64,000 nucleotides of DNA, taken from NCBI GenBank assembly GCA_002633005.1, contig NMRA01000515.1, positions 213,004-277,003 on the forward strand, read 5' to 3'. Source of the DNA: Phoronis australis (Eukaryota; Animalia; Phoronida). The notes under the pieces are model-generated. The model ran no database searches and was not told where the DNA came from. It saw only the letters and a program-made list of their open reading frames with translations. The translations under genes and the position numbers were made by a program. Positions 25,901 through 37,900 of this stretch are shown here, piece by piece; within the stretch, counting starts at the first letter, position 1; each line of letters opens with the position of its first letter.

Positions 25901-28900
25901 AAACAAACCTGCGACAATGCACAGGTCAAGTTTTGGATGCAGAACTTTTAACCAGTGACTGTTCAAGTACCTACCAGCTGGAGTCTGGAATAATGCTTTC
26001 ATCTCATTCGGTCTCACCACACTAACCACCTCGACAGGAATATCTGCTGCCCTCTTCTTGTTCTTTTTGGACTTTGACGGTTTCTTGTTCTTCCTAATCC
26101 CCCTCTGACTGGTACCTGACTTGGAGGATGAGGTGTCTGACCCAGTTGATGCCTCGCTGTACCAGGTGGCTGATGACTGGCGCACAAGGCACGGGATCTC
26201 GTGAATATCCTTCACCTTGATGGAGAAAATGAACACACTAGAAACAGGTTTAAGTAGGTGTTACTCAAGCAAGGCCAATGTAGAATGCATGAGTATCTTA
26301 TGACTACTGAAAAGATGATCTTCAACTTAACATACGTGCACCAAGTAAGCAGATGAAATAAGTCACAGCTGTGCACAGTATCTTGTGATGCATCCTGACA
26401 AATGGAAATCAAATAAAAATTTTGCATAAAAACAATTGTGCTACAACACCTTTATACCTGTTTTGTACAACAGATGCCTTCACACTTTCCAAAATGCAAG
26501 ATATTATTACAGTAACTACAAACGTTGATAAATAGATGAATTATGGTAACTACAAACACTGATAAGACAGTTATATTACAAGAACTGCAAACATATCACA
26601 GTAACTATAAACATTGCTATATTACAGTAAATACAAACATTTATAGTTATATCACAGTAAATACAAACATTGAGAGTTATATCACAGTAAATAAAAAAAT
26701 TGAGAGTTATATCACAGTAACTACAAACATTGAGAACTATTTTACAGAAACTACAAACATTTATAGTTAGATCACAGTAACTGCAAACATTTATAGTTAT
26801 ATCACAGTAACTGCAAAGATTTATAATTATATCACAGTAACTCTAAACACTGACATATAGTAAGTTTGCTCACCTTTCCTACTTCATCCTGTTTCTTACT
26901 GAACAGTCCACTAGAGAAGTCCACAAAGTTCTTAAGGTTCGACTCGTGAGGTATGTCAACCCATGACGATGATGAGGCAATCGTCTTCAGATCAGCATGA
27001 GGGTCACCACTACTTTCTTGTTCTTCATACTGGAAGTACGTGATACTACCAATTTGCATGTGAGGTGACAGTCCACGCATCTCTTCATTAGCCGGATGAA
27101 GATTATCGCTGATGTCTTTTTGCACGATGCCCGAAATGTCCAACTGAGATGGTCGCTTGTCCGTAGGTAAAGTCACACCCACAGGCAGGGTGGAGGTTTC
27201 TATTGCTGAAGATGTGTTCAATGAGGTGTCAATCACATCAGTCTGTATAGCAATGTCCAGTGACGGTTGACTTTTTAGTTTCTCTACAACACCATCATCC
27301 ACATTATCAATGTTTATATTGCCAGCAGGGGGCTGTCCGAGCACACTCTTGCTCTCGTCCATATCCCCAAAAGAAGAGTTCTTGTTCTCTTCACTAGGAT
27401 CATTAACTCTGTCTGAGCTGTCTTCGACCTTGTCAAAGTTAATGAGTATACCTTCATCACTAGCTTCAATGTCACTTGTCAAAGTACCATCACAGGAAGT
27501 ATTCTGACACACACAGTCATCTTCCTGTAACAAAACAAAGTTACCATCAGGAATGTCCTACAGATCTCTTACTCCAGTGCATAGTTTTACTAAAGTATAC
27601 AGAGCCATCACAGAAATTCATAAACACCCATTGTAAATTGTACTATGTGTATCTTCTATATGGTCTTGAACACAAACATACGTTCTTATTCCCTAGACAT
27701 GAATATAGAAAGACATGTGTCTGCATGTGTGTGTGTGCGCGCACGTGTGTGTACATGTTATTCCCAACAACTACAACCTTGTGACCTACCTTCGCTATGG
27801 TGCCCCCTGGAGGTTGTTCGTCAACTGGAGAGTTTACATCGGAATGACTAAGGTCCTCTCCGTGATAGACTGCCGATTTCTGCATTGGAGGATTTTGCTC
27901 ACTAGATGGGAATAGAAAGTATGAGAGGATACATAACAATGAAATACAAACAACCTAAATATGACAATTACTACTCATCAAGACAAACACATAACAGGGG
28001 GACACTGTAAAAATAAATAAGTAAAAAAGCAGTAGAAATGTGAATAATTGCCAAAAGATAACAATAAGAACTTCAAATTGATGTAACATTTAGTTATAGA
28101 ATGCTGTAAAGACAATGGCTAGACATGGTTCACTGTCAGCACAAGTTTAAACATACAACAGCATAAATAAAAAACATGTTTTATTCATGCATCATGAAAA
28201 AATATGTTTCTTTGGTTCACCCTCATTTGTCCAATTGATTTAAAATCTGTATAGCTAATGACTCATTAATTTAATGACTCATTAATTTAATGACAATAAA
28301 GGACCAATCAGAGTAGCATTATTGAATTATTGCTATTATCCATTTCAGTGGTTAAATAGCTAGAAGTCAATGTCTGGGGGAAAACAGAGAATTTTTGTGG
28401 AATGTGATTTATCACTTGTTTGTCTAAATTTGAAAAAGCATCTACTATAGAATTATTGATCATGCAGTTTTAGTGTTTGGGTGTTGAAAATTCAAAATTA
28501 GTTCAAACAAATAACCTTTCGACAGGCTTCAAGCTCACAACCTCCAGGTATCAAATAGGTTAGAAGGACCTGGCTGCTTAAAAATTTTCAAATATCCGAC
28601 ACCACCAGCATTGAAAACAAGGCATCCTACCAAGTGTAAACAACATGTAATAGTTTTCCTGTTGTGTTTACAATGTACAGCATGATTGTGGGGACAAAAT
28701 AGAGCACATGATTTTCTCTACGATAACATACAACCAAGCAAATTGTATCATTCCAGTTTAGAGTAGGCCATTTTCGGTAATTGGACACCTTCGCTATCAC
28801 TCATCTTTAAATATCTTTTGAAATACTGTTTGTAGTCACGTGATAATGTCTTTTCTTAAAAAATGTAATTAATTTATCAGATATATAGCGACCACGACTT

Positions 28901-31900
28901 AACCCGCCCTGAACTTGGAAAATCACACTTTTTAAGAAAAACAATCACACCACTACAAATAGTAAGGCATTATTTTCATTTGCACAAGTTTCTGTGATCA
29001 TCAAGGATTTGAAAAAATATATGGTTTCATGGGTTGATGAGTTGTATTTGAAGAAACTTAAAGGGTTAGTGTAACCCATGGTAGCAAAGGTATCCAATTA
29101 TCTGAAGTATCTGTGCGGTTATACAAAGTAGTTAATTTCAAACATAACACACAGTTTACTTACTCAGGTAAACCTTTGACTCTCATGGCAGCAATATCAT
29201 GATAGAGGGCAGCACTCATGATCATTTGCATAGGTGTGATCATGCCATAGGTGTCAGCACCATGCTCAATCACCAGGGGATCCATAACATCCGGATCAAA
29301 CATGACTGCATTAGGTGTAACTAGAAGAACTCCACTGACCACGCCCTGCAGTCAAAACCAACAACAGTAGTGACAACTCAATAGTCAGTTGGTTTATAAG
29401 ACCTTTTAAACTATCAGTGACTGTTGAAAGTTAAATGGCTTGCAAGAGGACCATTTTCTAAGTTGGTAATTGAGTTTACCAAAGACCTTTATCAAGAGGA
29501 GGAACATATGGTCAAACTGTGTTACAACAAATCTGGTTTATAACATTCCTGCTTGCTGGTAGTGCTCTATTGCACAATTCAACTATGCTGAACACAAGTT
29601 GATTTGCATACAGCGAATTTTGGTTGAAATAAAGGTTTTAGAAATGCTCTGGGAAGGTTCATTATAATCATTTTTTGATGACTGTAAACAAGAGACACTA
29701 ACCATTCCATCTGTTATATGCTTGACACTGACTTTAATAAACCTCTCATAACACTCTTGGTCCAATTTCTTTGCCTCTTCCTCACTCAGGGGTTTTGGCG
29801 GTTCAATTTCTTTCGGCGACTTCCGTCCCTCATCCGAGCTGGATGACCTAAGACGTTCTGCATGTCCCGGATGAAGAGACGAACGAGGAGACAATGGTGG
29901 CACCTGGTCATCACTCTGTAACACCAAAATAGTTTAAAGTGTAATGTATGAAGGCTTCTGGAGCAAAGCAAACAAGGAACAAAACAATACGAATTTGTAA
30001 ATTATGCTTTCCACTCATACTGTTTTCATTTCCATGAATTTTCCAGGCCATAATCTCATTTTCCACATGTTTTTGGCATGAAAAATAAGAAATTCAGTAG
30101 CAATTGCTGTTAACTGAATCCACAAACTCACAAGATGGCCCCCACAATGATTTTTATAATAATAACAAAATATAAAATTCTTAAGAAATTTTCCACAAGT
30201 TTTCTGTGTCTTCACTTTTTCATTGTGTCTTTCCCGTGCATGGAAATTAATTATAAAAGAGAGGAACCACTAAAAACAATTATCTATATCTAATTCTTTG
30301 TTCTAACAACAAATTTTCTGACAACTAACACATGTCTAGCCTCTGATGTTATCTGTACACATGAAGGTTTGTTTCATAAATACCATTTTGAATAAAGGCA
30401 GAACCCTTTCGAGGAGTTTTCCAGTAAAATTTGTCTGTCACTGCAGTTCTGAATATTTACCAAAGACTTAATAACTTACAGGATTAACTTGGCTGTCAGG
30501 AGGAGGACTGGTTGGACTATCTGCCTTGTAATCCTTGTCAGGTATGAACAATACCTGAGATCAAAAGAAATCTATGAGTATGTCATCAAAGGTGGACTGC
30601 AAAAAATATCTCTAGTCATTTTGCACCAACACAACAGGTTGTACACTAAATTACTGAGCTACAACAACTAATGTTGAAACTAGGGATCTAAGACAATACA
30701 TTGCAGAAATAAACCATGTAAACACACAATTTTCAATCTCACAGACACAACATTCCAACAGTGACTCAACAGTCATGACCATAACGGGGGAACATTTCAT
30801 TCTCAGCAGCAGAAAATCCAAAGAAATTTGGCAGAAACTCTTTCGGATTCCAAAGACAGAAGCCTTCCTCAGTGTGTTAAGTTGCCAATAGATGTTGCTG
30901 AGATTTAAAGCACCTTGGTCTCTGTTCATGCGATAGGCCAAACGTAAAGCTGAAAATTTCTGGTATTTTTTTGAATATTTGGAGGTTAAGAATGTAATTT
31001 TCAACTATAATCGAACTAACATCCTTATGAAGCTACTTAGAGACAATGATAACTAAGGAATGAAATAGCCCTTATTCTTCATGTGAGTGCGATGTTTACA
31101 AGCGGACAAAATGAGCTTCTTGCGTCTCGTAATCTACACGCTCACAGACNATACATTGCAGAAATAAACCATGTAAACACACAATTTCCAATTGAAGCTA
31201 GGGATCTAAGACAATACATTGCAGAAATAAACCATGTAAACACACAATTTCCAATTGAAGCTAGGGATCTAAGACAATACATTGCAGAAATAAACCATGT
31301 AAACACACAATTTCCAATTGAAGCTAGGGATCTAAGACAATACATTGCAGAAATAAACCATGTAAACACACAATTTCCAATTGAAGCTAGGGATCTAAGA
31401 CAATACATTGCAGAAATAAACCATGTAAACACGCAATTTCCAATCCCACAGACACAACATTCCAACAGTGACTCAACAGTGATGACCATAACGGGGGAAC
31501 ATTTCATTCTTAGCAGCAAAAAATCCAAAGAAATTTGCCAGAAACTCTTTCGGATTCCAAAGACTGAAGCCTTCCTCAGTGTATTAAGTTGCCAAAAGAT
31601 GTTGCTGAGATTTAAAGCACCTTGGTCTCTGTTCATGTGATTGGCCAAACGTAAAGCTGAAATTTTCTGGTATTTTTTTTGAATATTTGGAGGTTAAGAA
31701 CGTAATTTTCAACTATAATCAAAGTAACATCCTTATGAAGCTACGTAGAGACAATGATAACTAAGGAATGAAATAGTCCTTATTCTTCATGTGAGTGTGA
31801 TGTTTACAAGCGGACAAAATGAGCTTCTTGCGTCTTGTAATCTACACGCTCACAGACACAGTACACTGTGTTCAATACCCTACCTGACCAGAGAAGATTA

Positions 31901-34900
31901 GTTGACTCGTCAGGTGATTAATCTTCTTCAAAAATGAAGGTGTTGTGTCGTAACGAGCAGCAATGCTGGTCAGAGTGTCTCGCGGCCCCACCTGTTGAGA
32001 ACTACCAGGATTACTAAAGATAAAGCTAAATGTCAGTTCACTCTCCTACATCACACTAGAGATCCTTTCAGGAAACCTAATTCAACTCTAAGGCCAGTCT
32101 TAGTATCTTTTTGTATCAGCTGTAATGCCTAATCAATACAGTCCTGGTTGACTAGAATATAACATAAATGAACTAGTGGAAAGCCTTTCGCGTTAACCAT
32201 TGATCCATGAAACCTGACCAGTGTAATAGAACGAATATCAACAAGCACCAAATAGCATGTTCTGACTATTTAAGTGAAAGTGAGCTAGCACCAGCCATTG
32301 AACGATCTACAGATAGTACTATGATATGTGATACAGTGTTGAGAAACTGCGCTGCATTATGCAAACTTTGTTTTCCCACGATTTCTACAAGGACAAAAGT
32401 CGAGATTTTCAATCTAGCACATAATATAAACTTAGTTCATGGGAGCAAAAACAGACCAAGGCAACAATACCTGAACATAGAAGTGGCACAATTCCAATCA
32501 TTACGCAGCCTTAAGTATAAATCAAGGGGCAATGAATGCTGATGAAATAAAACTTTGATGACAAGGCAGGAAATTCAGCTGTTACAAGTTTGCAGGGTAT
32601 TGATGATGTGCAAGTTACGGTGAATAACAAAATCATATAACAACTCACACATATGTAGGGACTATATCTGCTACCTAAAACACCAAAATCCCCGGGATAA
32701 CTGCTTTGTTGGCATAGAAAACAGATGATACGTACGGTATGTAGAAATGTGCCTGGTGGCTGAGAATGACGACGTTTCTTCTCCGTGCTTTCAGCACTTG
32801 TTTTACCTAAAACAGCATTCAATGAGACAGAATCCAGTTCTCCTGAATTCTAATCCGGGGAGGTTTTGTCGTGGTGCAGGTGGTTACGCATGTGCTGCTC
32901 AAATAGGCAGGGTTTCATCAATTTTAGTAAGGAAATGGATAGGAATTTGGCCGATTTTGGTATCGATGTGTGTCTATGTTACACCAAGGCATGTGGGCAG
33001 TGGCAGTTTGAAGAATAACATATTATTTACCAGCTTTGCTATTAAAATTGTCAAGGAGTACCTTATGGAATGTCCTTTTTCTGAAATTGGTCTTTTGTAA
33101 GGTATAGTCAAAATGGTTCACTCTTCGAATCAAGTATTGAAACGGCCTTATACAACTAAACTATCTATAACTGGACCTTTATAAGCTGGCCTATTAGCAA
33201 CAAAACGAAAAAACTGTTTGCCTTGTAATCCTCTTCAGATAAATTGTGCAACCAAGAACCAAGAACCAAAAACAAAATCTCCACCTGAGCCACTTTTCTC
33301 AACCTCTCCACTAGATGTCAATGAAGTCTTCTCCAGCTGCAGCCGTACTTCTTCAGACAGGTTGTCCCAGTGTAGAGGGTTACTGATGCCATGTTCAGTG
33401 TCATCATTCTGAGAGGAGCTACCACTACAAATGTGCAAGACTGACAGTTAGCAAACTATGTAAAAAGAATCTCGCAAAGAAGCTTGTATGTATATTTGAT
33501 TTGCTTGTAATTCATGGCGATATCTCCCAAAGTGTTGGGTGATCTTGCATTTCCGTGAAGTTCTCACATCCAGAGAACACATGCCAGACTGTTATCAGTT
33601 TTTATTACTTATGTGCATGTGGCAACAGTGAAATAAAGCCTAAAGTTACGATCACGATCAAGAGAACTGTGAATGCAGTTATGCTTTTTAATTTCAAGGC
33701 AACACATAATCGGCTTGAACAATAACAAGAGCAACACGGAGCGTTGAAATGCACCCGCTAATGCACCACAAATGGTGTGCTTCTAGGGTTATTTCTTTGT
33801 ATCATAAAAATGGCCATTAGATGGCGCAAAATACGTTGAATCCATCCGAAAATGGGAACATGTCATTGCTTTTTTAATAGAAAACTATTTACCAAATTTC
33901 ATAAAAATCTGTCAAGGAACTTCAGAAGTAAAAATTGAAAAAAATGAAATTGCCACAAGGCGGCACAGCGTTCGTTGGATTCGTCTGAAAGTTGTCACCA
34001 TCTATTGTTAACTTCATATAAATTCACTTACTAAATGCAGAGGGTTTAGTAGATATAGCTATGGGCGCAAAACAAAACTCCTACTAGGAGGTGCCACAGT
34101 AGTCAGTCGTCATCGTCAACCGTCCTCTTCACCCCGAGAACATGTACACCAATTTTCAAAATCGTCCTTAGAATTGTTTGGTTGATAGAGGGGCGGACGC
34201 CAAAAAACTAACTCGAAAACAACAAAAATGCCTGAGGTAGTGCAAAATACCTTGAATCATTCGAAAACGGGAAGATAGCGTCATCTCACCAATAGATGAC
34301 TATATTTCCAAATTTTATGAAAATCCATTGAGGACCTTTGAAGATATAGAGGTAAACATAAAAAACTAAAATTGCCACTAGGGGGCACACCGGTAGCCAG
34401 ATCCATCAAAAGTCGTCGTCGTCTGTTGTCAATTTGATAGTTACACTTGCTGACTTCAGTAATAAAAGATCCTGCTGAAGGGTTTATGAGATACAGCCAT
34501 GGGCGCCAAAAAAACTGCCATTAGGAGGCGCCACAGTAGTCGAAGTCGTCAGAAAATCATCGTCACCCGTCCTCTTCATAGTACATATATGCCAATTTTC
34601 ACAATCATCCTTCAAGCCGTTTGGTTGATAGAGGGGCGGAAACAGCAAAAATGGCCAATAAGTGGCGTAAAATACCTCATATCCATCCGAAAACAGTAGG
34701 ATAGCGTTATCTCACTAACAGATACCTATATGTCAAATTTTATGAAAACTGCCACAAGGGGGCATACCGGTAGTCGGATCCGTCCGAAAATTTGCCAGAA
34801 CAGATGTGCAAAATTTCATGAACATACGTCAAAGGATTTTGGAGATAGAGTAGTGGATGCCGGACGGACACTGGACGGACGCCGGACGGACGCCGGACGG

Positions 34901-37900
34901 ACGCTGGGATGGCAGCATAATGCGTCCACATACAAATATGTGGGTGCATAAAAATACCTTAAACCTGCTAACATAAAACCTAAGCAATGTAAAAAGGTAG
35001 GAAATGTAAAGAAATGGAAAAGATCAAACAATTAAGTTTCACAACAGCTTCAGTTACAGCTTACCTTGATATATAGGAAGTAAAGCTTGGGGTCTTCTTC
35101 GTTAGGTGTGCTCCAGTAGATGTCATCTTGCCCCTGGCTGAGTGCAACCCTTTACCTATGGCCCTGTAACAACACTTAACACTTAACACTGTTGAACTGA
35201 GGACATGGAATATGCTAAATTCTAGCCAAAGCAAAAAAGTGAGCATTCTAAAAACACCATAGATTTGCAAAACTGATGCCAACGAAATATTTGTAACTAA
35301 ACGGATGAAGTGTTCCACCATGCACTGTCCACTGCTGCATCAAAGAATATGGCACATCTGTGCTATATTAGAACACTTTGTCAGACAGGTCCAAGTGTAT
35401 CAGCTGTTTTGACAACAGAAAGCTACTGTGACACTAAATTGGTTAGTCAATACCTAAGACAACAAACTAGTTCTCAATCAATCCATTTCATGGAGACTTC
35501 TCTCCACAGGAGGATTTCTTAGACATTTAGTTTTCTGATCCTCTTGTCGACATCTGGGATGGGTACATCATAACTTGATGATACTTTGGGTCTATGTCAA
35601 TTTCCCAATAGCCCAAAGAACTGTGTTGGTCTCCATTATCCCAGTCCATTTCTTAGAAAATGGTCAATAGAACTCTATATCAAGGCTAACACACACAACA
35701 AATTCCAGTCATAACTAACTAGCTACATGTCTCAAGTCTAATAGGCCAACAACCCCTTGGGCTAAGACACTGTACCACACCGTGTGTTCCTGATAAAAGT
35801 GGCAGTACAACCTTGAGTCCTAGGCACTTACAGTATATGACAGACTGTATATTCACCAGTAGGTGCTAATGAATAACTAGGATGCTGTTTTTAACATCTG
35901 AATAGATTGAAAGCAGAAAGAAGGTCCCATGTGACTACCTAAATGAATGTATTTCTACAGGTAAGACATGTCAAACTAACACCACCTACCTCATTTAAAG
36001 TCGCTCACTGACACCTTGCATCAGGTCAACATGTGATTTTAACTACAGTATGTAAGGACAATGTGCAATATGGCTTGGTTCAAGAAAAGACAGTGAACCA
36101 CTAAGAGAACAGAACATCATTGATGACTTGATGACAGAACTTTCAACTCACTTGCAACTGAATGCAGAATGTAGCCTTACCATTTTCTTCATAGTAGGTT
36201 GCAAAGATAATCAGCAAGTGCAACCAATGACCACAAATGCTGGAATTAGCTTCATGGATGTCCAATTTCATTGATCACTTAGTGACTGCACACAAGGAGT
36301 TTATTTTTCGTTACGCAAGGGAGATGTTCATATGAAATCAACTTGCAAGTATGAGTCTAGTTGCAGACACTCATTCACACACAAGGAATCTCAATTCAAG
36401 AATTCAAAGTACCAAACAAATATAATGGATGTTGCTAACTCACTTGTTTACCATTGGCCAAAACTAAATAAAGAAAACTAAAGTCAACCATGTGCACTAT
36501 AATCCTGTCCACACAAACACATACCAAGAACAACTTCCACTAGTGCAACTTGCCCCACTCTGAAGTGGAGCGTCCCCACACATAATTACTAGGGTAGGAC
36601 GGAAGATGCCGCTCTGTGTGTGACAATGAACAGTTGATGCAAATACGAGCCAAAAGAAAACCTGTCTTTAGGTAACTACAGCTGATAATTACTCCTGCCT
36701 TGTCCTGAGTTTGCAGCAACACAGTGATTAAAAGTTGTGCACGTTACCCAAGAACAAGTTCATTAGGGCAATCTTTTGCCAACAGGATTTGCACAGAGAA
36801 GGCATGCACTGTTTACCCCCGGAGTACCCTGCGAATTCCTAGGCACATCAGAGGCTTGATGGTGCTGTCACGCATTGAAGTGAGCTAGTTGCTATTCATG
36901 GGCTTAGATGGACATGTTGGATGAGGTACCATTGTGGTCGTAAACCAGCATGCCTGTTTAGCGTACGAGTTTCAAAGTCAAAAAGTGAACAAGTAAGGCA
37001 AAAGATCAACACGACTGTTTTTAAAATTGAAAAATAGTAGCTATCTTAGAATGTTTAAATTGGATGCATTATTAGAGAAATTAGCGAATAGGGTTTTCTT
37101 CAGCATCATGGCTAAGCCACGAGCATTAACTTGTGAATCAATTAGAACAAGTTAGTCACAGTCTGGCTCAGGCTCACTTAGGCATTGGGGTAACAAAACC
37201 CCAAATGTTAGCGTACGAGTTGTCTCAAGTACTCTACCTTGATAAGGTGGAGTAAGAAGTCACAGGTGGAACAAGATGCACTAGTTTAAATAGCATCCCA
37301 ACAGCCCTCAAACCTTAGCGACAACTCGTTCCACAAGTAACTTGTTCTAAAGTAAGTCTGTTTGGACAGAGCTTATGTCAGTTGTTTGAAATTACTTGGG
37401 TTGGCTTTCTGGGTACGATGTCACAAGGCCTCATTCAAGAGCGTCTATTTATACATTCTGCTGATCAGGGCACAGGGTCTAATATTTCATACTCAAAACT
37501 GAGCTTAACATTATTTATAATATTTTCCGCACTGTTTTAATACAAATTCCAGATAAATGTCTATTATTCTAAGCCTGAATACATTATGGTTTATGCAGAT
37601 GAGTTTCAATTCCAAATTTGCACTCAATCACCCCTAGATTTGAGTGACAAAATCTAGTAAAAATTCAAAATTTCAAGTTCAGACACAAATTAATAGTTTA
37701 ATTCTGGGGTCGTTGAGTGTAAATTAGAACTATACACAGACATGGGCCCAAACCATAATATACTCCATCACATAATTAGAATTATACACAGACATGGGCC
37801 CAAACCATAATATACTCCATCACATAATTACAGACAATGGCTAACCTTTAAAAGGTAAACATGAAAAAAATCTTGTGAAAATCTTTACAATGGGTGCTGA

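Noticed and set aside
2071-31648. Tandem arrays (42, 14, 67, 30, 63 bp) as CRISPR arrays or repeat-protein genes
   Set aside because: Units are contiguous with no unique spacers, there are no cas genes, and they lie in eukaryotic introns. The ORFs arise because unit lengths are multiples of 3.
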